Shown: positions 49,869-61,623, counted from the first letter of the stretch. The stretch: 64,000 nt of DNA from an uncultured delta proteobacterium (GCA_963790475.1 CAWBOS010000010.1:704001-768000), one strand, 5' to 3'. Numbers and translations: made by a program. Notes: generated by a model not told the origin, from the sequence alone.

Positions 49869-50750
49869 GTGCTTACTTTTCAAGAATTAATTGAGGCCCT
49901 GAACGGCTATTGGTCCCGTCAGGGTTGTCTGCTTATTCAACCTTATGATCTGGAAATGGGGGCCGGGACCTTCCATCCGGCTACTTTTCTGAGGGTTTTG
50001 GGACCGGAGCCTTGGAAAGCTGCTTATGTGCAACCTTCCAGACGCCCTACCGACGGCCGGTATGGAGAAAACCCGAATCGTTTACAGTATTTTTACCAGT
50101 ATCAGGTCATCCTTAAACCCTCTCCCCTGGATGTTCAGGATCTGTATTTGAAAAGTCTGGACGAGTTTCGGCATCCAACCCCTGGAACACGACTTGCGAT
50201 TTGTGGAAGACGATTGGGAGTCCCCGACCCTGGGGGCCTGGGGTCTGGGCTGGGAGGTCTGGCTGGATGGGATGGAAATCTCGCAATTCACTTACTTTCA
50301 ACAATGCGGGGGTATCGACCTTTCCCCTGTATCGGTGGAGCTTGACCTACGGTCTGGAACGGATTGCTATGTATCTTCAGGAAAAGGACAATGTCTACGA
50401 TCTGAAATGGAACAGTCGGATTGCATACGGTGAAATCCATCACCAGGATGAGGTCGAGTTTTCTATCTATAATTTCGATCAGGCGGATGTGGAACAGTTA
50501 CGAACCCTTTTTCGATCTTATGAACAGGAAAGCAAGAGATTGAATGACGTTGAAATTGCTCCGACCGGCCTATGATTTTTGCCTCAAGTGCTCCCATGTA
50601 TTTAATCTCCTGGATGCCAGAGGCGCTATCAGTGTTACGGAAAGAACCGGATATATCGGCCGAGTTCGGGATCTGGCCCGGGCAGTAGCCCAGGAATATC
50701 TAGCCCAAAGGGAGACCATGGGTTTTCCATTATTAAAAAACCAGATATGA
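49869..50750 (+). CDS. glyQ: glycine--tRNA ligase alpha subunit (three apparent frameshifts)
   Basis: [25 protein letters not shown] / [15 protein letters not shown] / [10 protein letters not shown] / [12 protein letters not shown] spread over successive frames. Confidence 0.92.
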
Positions 50751-50820
50751 TGGCTTCTTAAAAAGATGCTCCCTCAGCCCTTAAGACATCTGATAAGCCT
50801 TATTACCTTAATATCACGAG

Positions 50821-52917
50821 GTGAAGCGAGAAAATATGGAACAGGATTTATTACTTGAGATCGGGACCGAAGAAATACCTGCCCGTTTTATCCCTGGGGC
50901 ATTAAATGCTTTGAAAGGATTGGCCCAGGAGCGATTTCAGCAAGCCCGTCTTCAATACCGGGACATAAAGACCGTGGGGACACCTCGAAGGTTGGCCCTT
51001 TTGATGTTCGGAATTCCCCCTTTTCAATCCGACAAGGTAGAAAATATCATGGGCCCCCCGAAAAATACGGCTTTTTCCGAGGATGGCTCTCCGACCAAAG
51101 TTGCCCTTGGCTTCGCCAAGGCCAAAGGGGTGGAGGTTGGAGCATTGGAATTCATTGAGACCCCTAAAGGGATTTATCTCGGTTTCAAGAAAAGAATCGA
51201 TGGCCTTCCGTCTGTCGTTGTTTTGTCCAAACTCCTGCCTCAACTGATTTTAGACTTGCCATTCCCAAAGTCAATGCGCTGGGGGAGTTCCTCTTTTCGT
51301 TTTGCCCGCCCTATACATTGGATCGTTGCTCTTTTAGGAGATCAGGTAGTCCCTTTTACCTTGGAAGGGATCAAGTCAGGAAACCGGACCCTTGGCCACC
51401 GGTTTATGGCCCCTGAGTCCATACCCCTCAAAGATGCCGGAGAATATTTTTCAAAACTTCGACAAGCTCAGGTCATTGTAGACCCTGAAGAACGGAAAGA
51501 TAAGTTACATGAGGCCATTCAAGCCCTCGCCGACAAGGTCAAAGGACAAGTTTTAACCGATCCCGAACTACTGCAGGAGGTGAATTTTCTGGTCGAATTT
51601 CCCGACCCGGTTTCCGGTGCTTTTAATCCAGAATTTTTGAAATTGCCCCCGGAAGTTTTGATCACTTCCATGAAAGAACATCAGCGCTATTTCCCGATGG
51701 TTGACGGGCAAGGTGATCTTCTCCCCCGTTTCATTGCCGTAAACAATACTCGGGTGAAGGATACCCTACGGGTGGTCAAGGGCCATGAAAAGGTCCTTCG
51801 CGCCCGTCTTTCCGACGCCCAATTTTTTTTCAGGGAAGATTTAAAGAAACCCTTGAAAGAAAAAGTTGAGGCCCTGAAAACCGTGGTATTTCATTCCCGT
51901 TTGGGGACTTCCTTTGAAAAGGTGGAGCGCATAATGGGATTGGCTTCTTATCTATCCCGGAAACTGGCCCCGGAAAAAGAAGAGATGGTCATACGATGCG
52001 CCTTTTTGTGTAAGGCCGACCTGACTTCCCTGATGGTGGGGGAATTTCCGACCCTTCAAGGGATTATGGGCCGGGAGTATGCATTACGATCAGGAGAGCA
52101 CGAAGAAACGGCCCAGGGGATCTTTGAACATTATCTCCCGGCTTCGACGGGCAACCAGTTGCCCGGGACCATCACCGGGACTTTAGTCGGTCTGGCCGAT
52201 CGTCTGGATACCCTGACCGGGTTTTTCGGCCTGGGTCAAATTCCCACCGGCTCGGCTGATCCCTATGCCTTACGCCGTCAGGCCCAGGCCGTTATCCTGC
52301 TCACCTGGGCCAAAGGGTTTTCATGGTCGGTTAACGAAATAATCGAACAGGCTTTAATTCCCTATACCGGACTTTTTAAGGAAAACCCCGATACGATCAA
52401 AATAAACCTTTTGGCCTTTTTGGCCTTGCGCCTGCAACATTTATTGGAAGGGGAGGGGATCGGACGGGAAACGATTGAAGCCGTTATAGCCGCGGGATGG
52501 GACGAATTCTGCGAGGTGAAACTCAGGGCTCAGGCGCTGCAAGTCTTTCAAAATCATCCGGATTTTCCATCGCTGGTCGTTGGTTGTAAACGGGCCTTGA
52601 ATATCTTGAAAGGGGTCTCTCTCACCGAGGTCGGCCAGGTCAATACTGAATTATTGACTGAAAGTGAGGAAAAGGACCTTTTTCAAAAGGTTCAGGAAAG
52701 ACAATCCGAACTTGAGCGTCTTTTCAGGCAAAAAGGGTATTCCGATTACCTCCTCCATTTGGCTCAACTGCGTCCGACCATTGATGCCTTTTTTGATAAG
52801 GTCCTGGTCATGTCCCCGGAAGAAAAAATCAGGAATAATCGCCTGGCCTTATTGGTTCAGTTGACTTCCTTCTTTAACCGTTTCGCCCTTTTTTCAAAAT
52901 TTGGAGCCTTATCCTAG
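50821..52917 (+). CDS. glyS: glycine--tRNA ligase beta subunit
   Basis: LLEIGTEEIP, TPRRL, FARPIHW, EFPTLQG, GSADPYALRR. Confidence 0.95.
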   Translation: MKRENMEQDLLLEIGTEEIPARFIPGALNALKGLAQERFQQARLQYRDIKTVGTPRRLALLMFGIPPFQSDKVENIMGPPKNTAFSEDGSPTKVALGFAKAKGVEVGALEFIETPKGIYLGFKKRIDGLPSVVVLSKLLPQLILDLPFPKSMRWGSSSFRFARPIHWIVALLGDQVVPFTLEGIKSGNRTLGHRFMAPESIPLKDAGEYFSKLRQAQVIVDPEERKDKLHEAIQALADKVKGQVLTDPELLQEVNFLVEFPDPVSGAFNPEFLKLPPEVLITSMKEHQRYFPMVDGQGDLLPRFIAVNNTRVKDTLRVVKGHEKVLRARLSDAQFFFREDLKKPLKEKVEALKTVVFHSRLGTSFEKVERIMGLASYLSRKLAPEKEEMVIRCAFLCKADLTSLMVGEFPTLQGIMGREYALRSGEHEETAQGIFEHYLPASTGNQLPGTITGTLVGLADRLDTLTGFFGLGQIPTGSADPYALRRQAQAVILLTWAKGFSWSVNEIIEQALIPYTGLFKENPDTIKINLLAFLALRLQHLLEGEGIGRETIEAVIAAGWDEFCEVKLRAQALQVFQNHPDFPSLVVGCKRALNILKGVSLTEVGQVNTELLTESEEKDLFQKVQERQSELERLFRQKGYSDYLLHLAQLRPTIDAFFDKVLVMSPEEKIRNNRLALLVQLTSFFNRFALFSKFGALS

Positions 52918-52923
52918 TATTAT

Positions 52924-53022
52924 TAACTTATTGATAATTATATTAAAAATTTTTTTACCTTGATCTTCCCTTTCCCTCCTTTTTCCCCGTTATCCTTTTT
53001 TCCGTTTTTACCCTCTATATCC
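52924..53022 (+). promoter_or_regulatory. IHF site followed by phased ~9-bp pyrimidine repeats
   Basis: TAACTTATTGATA is the reverse complement of WATCAANNNNTTR; C-runs at about 52958, 68, 74/78, 85, 94, 53002, 11, 21. Confidence 0.5.
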
Positions 53023-53045
53023 AAACTAGGCGTTATCTCTCTGAT

Positions 53046-53073
53046 TAAAGTTTTCTGACCATAATACCGAGAA
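53046..53073 (+). promoter_or_regulatory. putative sigma28 promoter
   Basis: TAAAGTTT...ACCGAGAA (TAAA-N16-ACCGAGAA) upstream of the binding-protein/MCP operon. Confidence 0.55.
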
Positions 53074-53152
53074 CCTTTATAAGAAGTTAAAAAAGACTGC
53101 CGGAAGGTCAAAAAATCGTCGGCAATCCGCTTCGATTATTAGGAGGTATTAT

Positions 53153-54536
53153 ATGATTAAAGGCAAGAAAAGGTTATCACTTGTTTAATCATCCTGGGGA
53201 TGGTCATCCTATTTATTTTTTAGGTTTTCATCCGGCCAGCGCTGCTGAAAGTCCGCCGGCTCAACCGGTAACCAATCAGCTGCCCCCTCCGGCTGTAAAT
53301 CCACCGGCGGCGACTAAGAAGGGCAACAGGTTTTGGAGGGTAAGGATATGGTCGTTATCGGCCTTATTTCACCCGAACTGGGCCCTTACGGCAAGGAGGG
53401 GCTGGACCAGCGGAGGGCAGCGGAAATGGCTGTAGAAGAGATTAATGCTGAAGGTGGGATTTTAGGGAAAAAGATTAAATTAATTCAGAGGGACACCAAG
53501 AGTAATCCAAGGATTGCCAAAGAAAATGCCATTGAGCTTTTTGAAAAAGAAGACGCTCAAATGATCTTCGGGGGAGTATCCAGCGCGGTTGCCCAGGTCA
53601 TTGGGAAAAGTGGCCAAGATGAAAGAAAAAATATTTTTTGGAACCTCCTCCTATTCCACCGACCTCACGGCCGAGGAAGGTCATAAATATATATTCCGGG
53701 AATGTTCTGATTCAAGGATGACCGCCAAGGTATTATCCGGCTTATTTGAAAAAGAATTTATCCCGGGAAGATACTTATTTTTATGTCACTGTTGATTATA
53801 ATTGGGGTGGACCACCGAGGAATTATTTCGGAAATTCACCGATACCACGGATAAATATCAGACATAGGAGTTTTCTCACCAAATCTGGGGGCCGATGATT
53901 TCAAGAGTGTCCTCAGTTTGGCCCAGGAGCTTGAGCACAGAAGTTTTGGTTCTTGATATTTATTCGGACGGGATATGGAGATCGCCGTAAAACAAGCCTA
54001 TGACCTGGGACTGAAAAATAAAATGCAGATCGTTGTCCCAAATATCACGATTGATATGGCCGATGGGGCCGGTCCGGAAGCGATGGAAGGGATCCTCAGC
54101 ACCAAGCCCTGGTACTGGAAACTGCCCTTCGAGGAAAATTAGACCAAAGGGATAACCTTCGTAAAAAAATATGAAGAAAAATTTCACCGTTATCCTTCAT
54201 CTCCGGCCGCCTCGGCCTATGTCTATCCTTTACCAATATAAGGAAGCCGTGGAACGGGCCAAGACCTTCGACACCCTGCCGGTGATCAAGGCCTTGGAAG
54301 ATCATAAATATATAGGATTAAAAGATGAACAACAATGGAGGGGGTTTGACCATCAATCCATTCAGACTGTTTTTGCCGTCAAGTGTAAAAAGGCGGAGGA
54401 AGTCAAGAAGGATAAATACCAGTCGGACTATTTTGAGGTCATAAACAAGATGAAGGGTGAGGAAGCCGCCATCACCAAAGAAGAGTGGGATGAGGTCAGA
54501 GCGGCGGTCAGTGCCGCCCCAGCCTTAGAAGAATAA
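53153..54536 (+). CDS. LivJ-like (Peripla_BP_6) substrate-binding protein, fragmented by several indels
   Basis: AGGAGG RBS; AVEEINAEGGILGKKI, FGGVSSAV, KYIFRE, WRGFDHQ segments in shifting frames. Confidence 0.75.
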
Positions 54537-54558
54537 TGACCAGAAGGAGTCTTAAAAA

Positions 54559-56919
54559 ATGACGATAAAAAAGAAACTTTCATTAAATGCTGTTGTGGTT
54601 TTAACGGCCATATCCATCATCATCGTTTCCGCCTTAATCAGTGCCAGGAGCGTTGATTTAAATGTCGGTATCCTGACCCAAAAAACCACTCCTTATCAAT
54701 TAAAAGCCTTGAATCAACAGAGAGAACTCCAGGCCCATTCGGCAAATCTGGTGAATCTTTCTTCTTCCATGACGATGGGCGACTATAAAAAATCAGCCCC
54801 ACTTATTTCAACTTCCCTGTCCGCCGTCTCCAAAGCCGCGGAAGAAATGGCCCGGTTAAAGGGTGAAAGTTCTTCGACGGACAAGACTATTCCGGAAATA
54901 ACCCGGGGGATTCAGGACATCACCGAGCGCAAGATCAAGGCCCAGGAGGAGGTGTTCATCGCTTCCAAATCCATTCAGGAAAGGTTGTCGGAGGTTACTA
55001 AAAAAATGGATGCCTTTGTTCGAAGTCTCCAGCAAAAGAACTCCGGCACCATGATTTCGGGTGTGGATAATCTCATGGGTGCCAATCAACACCTGAATAA
55101 TCTAAGTTTAGTCAGAAACGGCCTGAACGACATAAATTTTTCGCTATCCAAAATCCCGCTGAGCAATGATCGACGTACAGTAATCACTTTGAGAGATAAT
55201 ATCTTAAGTACGATTAAAACCATCAACCAGATTCTTAAGAATATAAAAGGCCTGGATAATATGGTCCAGGATCTGACTAAAAAACTGGCTATCCTGAGTG
55301 AAAAATTGACGGCAACCAACGGGATCGTTTTTTTACAGCTCAGATATATTATCGATGAGGATGGAAGTATGGGGGACAAAATCGAGACCATGGTCAAAGA
55401 GGCCGGATATAACCTTTCCTATCTTATTCCGACTATTGAAAAAACCCTGCTGGCCGCCAACAATACGGTCAAGAACAATACGGTCGATATGGCCAAGAAT
55501 ATGGAATCATTCAGCAATACAAATAATATTTTATCCTTGGCCTCAGGATTGTCACTGCTGAGTGCTTCCCTGGTGACGGGAATCAATAATTGCATTTATT
55601 CAAAAACCATGGCTGAGTTTAATCAATATATGGTCCTCGTTGATAGTCTTTTTAAAGAAGCGGGAGGCAAGGGGCAGAAATTGCAGGGCATCGTGGCCAA
55701 CTTGAAAAACAAAGAAGAGCTAAAAATGGTTAACTCCTATATGAGTGCCCTATCGACTGTAAAAAATGCCTTTTCCGCCGCAGGCGGCGTGTCGGAAAAG
55801 GTTAAGGCCTCTATCAAGAATGCTGAGGAACTGGAGGCCTTGAATAGTAAAATGCGAAATATTACCGTTGCTCACTTGAAAGAAAGTCAGAAGGAGGTAT
55901 CACAAGCCGGAGCCAATCAGGAAAACGTCGTTGCCTCCCTAAACCGGTCTTCAAAACTGACGATGCAGATCATCACTCTCGTTGGAGGAATGATCGTCCT
56001 GGTTACTTTGATTATGACGGTTATGATAACCCGATCGATCACCAAACCCATTAATCAGGTCGTGGAAGGGCTCCAGGACAGCGCCGGCCAAGTGGCCGCC
56101 GCTTCAGGGCAGGTTTCTTCCGCCAGTCAGTCTTTAGCCCAGGGAACTTCGGATCAGGCTGCCGGGATAGAGGAAACATCGGCTTCGATTGAAGAGATGG
56201 CCTCCATGACCAAACATAATGCCGAGAATGCCAATCAGGCCAATACCATGATGATCGATACCTCCCAGGTAGTAAATGAAGCTAATCGATCTATGGGCGA
56301 ATTAACTGAATCGATGAAAGAGATTTCGAGTGCCAGTGAGGAGACGGCAAAAATTATCAGGACTATTGATGAAATTGCTTTTCAGACTAATCTGTTAGCC
56401 TTAAATGCCGCCGTGGAAGCCGCCCGGGCCGGAGAGGCTGGAGCCGGATTTGCTACCGTGGCCGACGAGGTGAGAAATTTGGCCTTGAGAGCCGCGGATG
56501 CCGCCAGAAATACGACCGATTTGATCGAGGGGACGGTCAAAAAAATAAAAATCGGATCGGAAATTGTCGGGAGGACCAACGAGGCCTTTTCCAAGGTATC
56601 GACGGGTGCCAAAAAGGTGGGGGAGATTATAGGTGAGATTAAGGCGGCATCCTATGAACAGTCTCAAGGGATTGAACAGATCAACAAAGCGATTACCGAG
56701 ATGGAAAAAGTGGTCCAGAAAAACGCTGCTAATGCCGAAGAATCCGCATCGGCATCAGAGGAAATGAATGCCCAGGCGGAGACCTTGAAAGGATTTGTAA
56801 GGCAGTTGACATCATTGGTGGGCGATAGAACAAATAATAAGGGCCTGGATAACGGGCCCATTGGAAGGGATGATCTGCAATTCATTGAAATGAAAGGGGA
56901 GCCGGTCTCCGATCGATAA
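54559..56919 (+). CDS. methyl-accepting chemotaxis protein with a large periplasmic domain
   Basis: two TM segments; [34 protein letters not shown]. Confidence 0.93.
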   Translation: MTIKKKLSLNAVVVLTAISIIIVSALISARSVDLNVGILTQKTTPYQLKALNQQRELQAHSANLVNLSSSMTMGDYKKSAPLISTSLSAVSKAAEEMARLKGESSSTDKTIPEITRGIQDITERKIKAQEEVFIASKSIQERLSEVTKKMDAFVRSLQQKNSGTMISGVDNLMGANQHLNNLSLVRNGLNDINFSLSKIPLSNDRRTVITLRDNILSTIKTINQILKNIKGLDNMVQDLTKKLAILSEKLTATNGIVFLQLRYIIDEDGSMGDKIETMVKEAGYNLSYLIPTIEKTLLAANNTVKNNTVDMAKNMESFSNTNNILSLASGLSLLSASLVTGINNCIYSKTMAEFNQYMVLVDSLFKEAGGKGQKLQGIVANLKNKEELKMVNSYMSALSTVKNAFSAAGGVSEKVKASIKNAEELEALNSKMRNITVAHLKESQKEVSQAGANQENVVASLNRSSKLTMQIITLVGGMIVLVTLIMTVMITRSITKPINQVVEGLQDSAGQVAAASGQVSSASQSLAQGTSDQAAGIEETSASIEEMASMTKHNAENANQANTMMIDTSQVVNEANRSMGELTESMKEISSASEETAKIIRTIDEIAFQTNLLALNAAVEAARAGEAGAGFATVADEVRNLALRAADAARNTTDLIEGTVKKIKIGSEIVGRTNEAFSKVSTGAKKVGEIIGEIKAASYEQSQGIEQINKAITEMEKVVQKNAANAEESASASEEMNAQAETLKGFVRQLTSLVGDRTNNKGLDNGPIGRDDLQFIEMKGEPVSDR

Positions 56920-56970
56920 TCATCTTCGCTTTGTTATTAACCGTAATACTTTTTCTGATCGCAATGATAA

Positions 56971-58158
56971 ATGTACCTGACCTCATTTGTTCATCGTGAA
57001 CAACCTTTCGAGATAGCCGAACGCTGGATCTGCGGTCGTCCAGCGGAAGACGACATCCAACGATTCACTGAAATATTGATCTGCGATGGTTTTGTGTTAG
57101 GGGAAATCCTGGAGGACTTTAACGAGTTTTTGCTGGGAACCATTTTTGAAACCCCCTACAAGAAGAAGCGAATTCACTTCAAAGGGGAGTTGAGGGACGC
57201 CTTAAGCCGAAATCCTAATGGCACGACTCCGCGCCTGAGAGAACTTTTTGGACTTTATGAAAAAAATCCCGATTATTTTTACCGCGAAGCCCCCATTAAC
57301 GGTGTCGTCTGCCTGGACGACACTGATCACTTATTAGGGCTATATCGGATCAAACGTTCTAAAAGGATCGCTGAAAAAGCCAACCGCAGGATCGCAAACT
57401 GGATTTTTCAAAAGGTTCAAACAGTGGCCCAGGAGCTGGCCGGCGAACGGGCCAAACAGTCTCATATTCCCCTGGAATGGTTTGTGACTCCCCAAGAGGA
57501 AATGACCCGGGAGTTCATCCGAGCCGAAGAAGAGATCGCCCGAAGTTTTAAAGAATGTCGGATCAAGTTCGACCGATCCGCTCTGACCCTAGATGATGTC
57601 GGTGCGATCAAAGTTATTGCCGATTCCGAAAGATTAAATTTTCTGGAAAAGACTCTGAATGAACACTCGCAGATTCGAGTGATTGAAAAGGAAGATTTTA
57701 AGGGGAATTATCGAGCCACCAACTTGATCCTGGAGATCGGTTGGGATGCCGAGATTGTCTGTCGTACCTATAGAAATGGGCGGAGCTGGGAAAAATATCT
57801 CGACCGGGGAATAGCGGAAGACCAATTAAAAAAAGGTTTGGAGCCATTCCTGGACGGCGCTCAACCGACCCTGATCATTGAGCTGATCCTTTCCACCTTT
57901 TCTGATATGGTGGAATCGGAACTGGGAATAAGTATTCATGAGGAAAGAATCATAACCCAAAGGGGTAATAACAGTTATCGAGGCTATATCCCTATCAATG
58001 TTGAATTCCTGATTGAATACCTTTTTGCAGCAGGTTTCAGCCCGAAGATAAAGATTGACCGGATACCCATAAAACTTTGGGGAAGGTACTTGCCAGAGAC
58101 TCTCAGTTCCTATGTGCGGAGTTTATACAATTTACCGGAGCACGATCTTTATTATTAG
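56971..58158 (+). CDS. hypothetical protein with degenerate RelA/SpoT synthetase-like motifs
   Basis: RIKRSKRIAEK, DDVGAIKVI, NYRATNLILE, IELILST, HEER in the Syn1-5 order. Confidence 0.55.
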   Translation: MYLTSFVHREQPFEIAERWICGRPAEDDIQRFTEILICDGFVLGEILEDFNEFLLGTIFETPYKKKRIHFKGELRDALSRNPNGTTPRLRELFGLYEKNPDYFYREAPINGVVCLDDTDHLLGLYRIKRSKRIAEKANRRIANWIFQKVQTVAQELAGERAKQSHIPLEWFVTPQEEMTREFIRAEEEIARSFKECRIKFDRSALTLDDVGAIKVIADSERLNFLEKTLNEHSQIRVIEKEDFKGNYRATNLILEIGWDAEIVCRTYRNGRSWEKYLDRGIAEDQLKKGLEPFLDGAQPTLIIELILSTFSDMVESELGISIHEERIITQRGNNSYRGYIPINVEFLIEYLFAAGFSPKIKIDRIPIKLWGRYLPETLSSYVRSLYNLPEHDLYY

Positions 58159-58350
58159 CTTTTTATTTTAGCCTTTTGCCAAAGACTTTTCAGCCTCTTT
58201 CCCACTAAATCAACCATCCTTCACTTCAGGCTGAAACTGGTTCCCGGCCTTCGCTGGCAGGCGTCTGGTTCTCCGCTCTCCCATCAGACCCAGGGCAGGG
58301 TTTTCAAGGTGACAACCTTTCTGGAGTTTGGCAGCAGGTTCAATCGGCAC

Positions 58351-58390
58351 AAAAAAAGGCCAAGGAGACATCTTGATTGTTTCCTTGGCC
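58351..58390 (-). terminator. intrinsic terminator of the minus-strand MCP
   Basis: GGCCAAGGA..TCCTTGGCC stem followed by a T-run on the minus strand. Confidence 0.7.
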
Positions 58391-58445
58391 CGGTCTTTCT
58401 TTGTTGATGCCTGTCTAACCTAGACTCGGATACAAAAAGTTTGTT

Positions 58446-60104
58446 TTAGAATTCTCTAAAATCTTCTTCCATTGGAATGATCTGTTCGGGGGTGATTTCC
58501 TTATGTTTTGGACTGGGAGAGGAGGCAGCTTTTTTCTCCTTGGAGGCCGAGGCGATCCTGAGTTTGGAATCCCTATTCCCGAAAGATGTTTGGGAAATGG
58601 ACTTGGGGGTGAGACTCCTCCTGACTTGAAGAAGGTGTTTCGGGGGAACAATCTTATACCCATTACCGTTGCCATTCCCTTTCAACACCGCCGCCAACTC
58701 CTTGATGAAACCTTTCAAACGCTCTGCCTGGGCCTTCATTTCCTCAGCCGCGGCAGCTGATTCTTGGGCATTAGTTGTGTTCTTTTGGGTCACCTTGTCC
58801 ATTTCGGCCACTGCCTTACTGACCTGAGATATGCCCTGGGCTTGTTCTTGACTGGCCGCTGCGATTTCATCAATCAGCATGCTGATTTTTCTGGAGATCT
58901 CCACATTTTTATTGAAGGCTTCCTGGGTTGCCAGGGTCAACTCATTCCCGCTTTTGACCGACTTGATCGTATTTTCAATTAAACTGCTGGTGTTTTTAGC
59001 GGCATCGGCCGCCCGCATCGCCAAGTTTCTCACTTCATCGGCTACCACGGCAAACCCGGCCCCGGCCTCTCCGGCACGGGCTGCTTCTACTGCCGCATTC
59101 AAGGCCAAAAGATTTGTCTGGAAGGCAATCTCGTCGATGGTTTTAATAATCTTGCTCGTTTCCTCGCTGGACTTGGTGATTTCTCCGATGGATTCGGCCA
59201 TCTGGGTCATATGATGACTCACGTTTCCCACGATTTGACTGGCCTCCCCCATCATGGCCCTGGCTTGTTGGGCGTTATCAGCATTCTGTTTGGTCATGGC
59301 CGACATCTCTTCCAGAGAGGAAGAGGTTTCTTCGAGTCCGGCGGCTTGTTGAGAAGACCCCTCGGCCAGCGACTGGCTGGCCGAAGAAACCTGAACCGAA
59401 GCACCGGACACATGGTCTGAACCTTCCTTAATACCGGCGACCACCCGTTGGATAGGCCTGGTAATTGAAATGGTTAGAAAAATCCCAAGAGATATCGCTA
59501 ATAAAGTCCCCAGTCCTCCTATGATCCAGGAGAACCAGGAGGCTGCAGTAGCTGTCTTTAAATTCCATTCCATCTTTTTCTGAATGGACCCCGCCTGTAA
59601 ATCAGAAAACTTCTCCAATAAACCAGAGATTTTGTTCGTTTTTGAATAAACCTCATCTTTCAATAAATTCCGAGATTCCTCAAGTTTTCCCTCTATAGCC
59701 AGATTGATCAATTTATCACGCAAAGGAAGGTATTGGATTATTTCTGACTTAAGACCGTCCACGGCCTTCCGTTCCTCTTCTGTTTTAAGGATCTTGGCGA
59801 TCTTATCGGAATTCTCGATCATTATTTGATCCAATTCTTTTATCTTGACAATATTCGTCGAGATCTCTTTGGTGTAAAGAAATTTATCCAAAAGAATATC
59901 CCTGATCAATCCGACGGATTTCTGAAACCCGACGGCCATCTCGGAAATATAAATTTGTGACTTGATATTCTTCTCCTGGATTTCTTTCCCGGCTTTAACC
60001 AGAGCACTTATCTTAGAAATTCCGTTAAATCCGACGATCATAGTAAGGCAGGCAACAATTACAAAACTTCCAATCAATTTGATGCTTAATTTCAGATTTT
60101 TCAT
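58446..60104 (-). CDS. methyl-accepting chemotaxis protein (4HB sensor, C-terminal pentapeptide DFREF)
   Basis: MCP signalling signature; ends EEDFREF. Confidence 0.93.
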   Translation of the reverse strand: MKNLKLSIKLIGSFVIVACLTMIVGFNGISKISALVKAGKEIQEKNIKSQIYISEMAVGFQKSVGLIRDILLDKFLYTKEISTNIVKIKELDQIMIENSDKIAKILKTEEERKAVDGLKSEIIQYLPLRDKLINLAIEGKLEESRNLLKDEVYSKTNKISGLLEKFSDLQAGSIQKKMEWNLKTATAASWFSWIIGGLGTLLAISLGIFLTISITRPIQRVVAGIKEGSDHVSGASVQVSSASQSLAEGSSQQAAGLEETSSSLEEMSAMTKQNADNAQQARAMMGEASQIVGNVSHHMTQMAESIGEITKSSEETSKIIKTIDEIAFQTNLLALNAAVEAARAGEAGAGFAVVADEVRNLAMRAADAAKNTSSLIENTIKSVKSGNELTLATQEAFNKNVEISRKISMLIDEIAAASQEQAQGISQVSKAVAEMDKVTQKNTTNAQESAAAAEEMKAQAERLKGFIKELAAVLKGNGNGNGYKIVPPKHLLQVRRSLTPKSISQTSFGNRDSKLRIASASKEKKAASSPSPKHKEITPEQIIPMEEDFREF

Positions 60105-60414
60105 CCTGTGGACCTCCTAGACATCGCTTTGGTCTTTCTTCTCAACCAGAGACCGTATGTTTTATTATTTTGCCACGTGAAAACTGATAGTTTTTCCTGC
60201 TTACTTAAATATTCAAAGTTATTAAAACCATCTATTCGCTTTACTGGTTTATTGTCCAGAGTTCACATAATAGGCCATCCCAGAAAATAACTGGAGGCCC
60301 AAAGGGAATTATTTAGAAAGATCCTGATCATGACTATCAGGATACTGGCTTTTCATGGGAATGGCCTATCAGGGGTCTTTTTTCGATACGGTCATTTAAG
60401 ATCTGTAATCAGAT

Positions 60415-60630
60415 CTAATAGGCCTCTCTTTTAGCCAGAATTGACCTTCTAATACCGAGATCCTGTTTGTCTTTCGCTCCCCGGATGGTCAGCAGGATTT
60501 CCTCCATATCGAAACGCCAGGAATCCCCCAATCTAAAACCCGGGATCTCTCCGTTACCGGCCAACTTATAGATGGTTGATTCAGAAAGCTTCAAGTATTG
60601 CCCCAATTCTTTAGCTGTAACGATTTTCAC
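60415..60630 (-). CDS. small excisionase/BldC-like winged HTH (HTH_17) DNA-binding protein
   Basis: VTAKELGQYLKLSESTIYKLAGNGEIPGFRLGDSWRF; GGAGG RBS. Confidence 0.88.
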   Translation of the reverse strand: MKIVTAKELGQYLKLSESTIYKLAGNGEIPGFRLGDSWRFDMEEILLTIRGAKDKQDLGIRRSILAKREAY

Positions 60631-60661
60631 TGGGAACGCCCTCCTTTGCCTGTTATGAAAT

Positions 60662-60689
60662 CTATCGGCATTTAGGGGTAAGAACTTTA
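60662..60689 (-). promoter_or_regulatory. sigma28 promoter
   Basis: TAAAGTT...GCCGATAG (TAAA-N16-GCCGATAG) on the minus strand, about 30 nt before the HTH_17 gene. Confidence 0.7.
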
Positions 60690-60730
60690 ATCGGGAAATT
60701 TGCTACTATATGTAAATTACTTTTGCCAAA

Positions 60731-60770
60731 GGGATGTGCCGGGATGAGGCGAGATGAGGGGGGATAAGTC
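60731..60770. repeat. four 10-bp tandem direct repeats
   Basis: GGGATGTGCC GGGATGAGGC GAGATGAGGG GGGATAAGTC. Confidence 0.7.
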
Positions 60771-61016
60771 ATTAAAATAATGAAATTTCCAGAATTACAT
60801 GGAAGAAAAGTTTGAATCTGCCAAAAATCAAGATATCTACCCTTCCTTAAAAAATCTAAGAACTCACCATTTTAATCATAAGTATTTAATAAGAAAAGAA
60901 AAACAATCTTTCTCTGAAAAAATAATGGAAATCTTAAATTACATTTTAAAAAAAGTCCTTGACAACGAATACTATTATTTAATAAAATACAGCTAAATGT
61001 TTAGAAGGCTAAATAT

Positions 61017-61623
61017 ATGGATGACCGACTATTTTTAAATAATGAAGTGAGTAAAATAACAGGATTAACCAAAAGACAAGTATTGAGCTGGACGGAAAAA
61101 GGTTTGATTCTCCCAAAGGAGCCAGCAAGAAAAGCTGGCAAGATGCGAGGATACAGTTACGAAAATCTGCTTGAGTTTGGACTAGCAAAGCATTTGATCG
61201 ATATCATAGGCCTGCAATTTTATTCGGTTAATAAAATCCTTGAAGAGATAAGAGAAGATGGCGATTTTAAGGCCTGGGCAAAAGATTATTTTAAATATTC
61301 CTTGAGCTACTCCTATAAAATAAAGAATCAAAAAAAAGAAGAGTTGGTAGGATTCTAATACACAAACAAGAGTAAATGTTTCTCAAAAAAATAAGGGGAC
61401 ACTTTATTATATCTATTCGAACTATCTGAGTGAAAAAGGAGAGTCTTATTTAGAAACCATTAGGCTGATCTCTCCTTGGGGGGTTTTGGATACAGTGAAA
61501 GCCTTTCAACAGGCAGGCCTAAATTCTGAAGAAATAGAAACGACCTTTAAGGATGGTATTATTGTTAATTTGGGTGAGATAAAGGAAGAAATAGACAAAG
61601 GAATCAAAAACATTAAAAAATAG
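61017..61623 (+). CDS. MerR-family HTH regulator (apparent +1 indel near 61350)
   Basis: EVSKITGLTKRQVLSWTEKGLI..RGYS; the downstream frame continues to IIVNLGEIKEEIDK and stops at 61623. Confidence 0.75.

Noticed and set aside
53153-54536. Pseudogene or programmed frameshifting in the binding protein, glyQ and the L,D-transpeptidase
   Set aside because: Breaks are mostly single-base indels in short homopolymers and also hit an essential gene, so assembly error is more parsimonious.
60415-60630. HTH_17 gene as the excisionase or repressor of the neighbouring Mu-like element
   Set aside because: Mu-type elements do not excise through Xis; the gene has its own sigma28 promoter, is co-oriented with an MCP and lies outside the candidate TGT end (not fully excluded).
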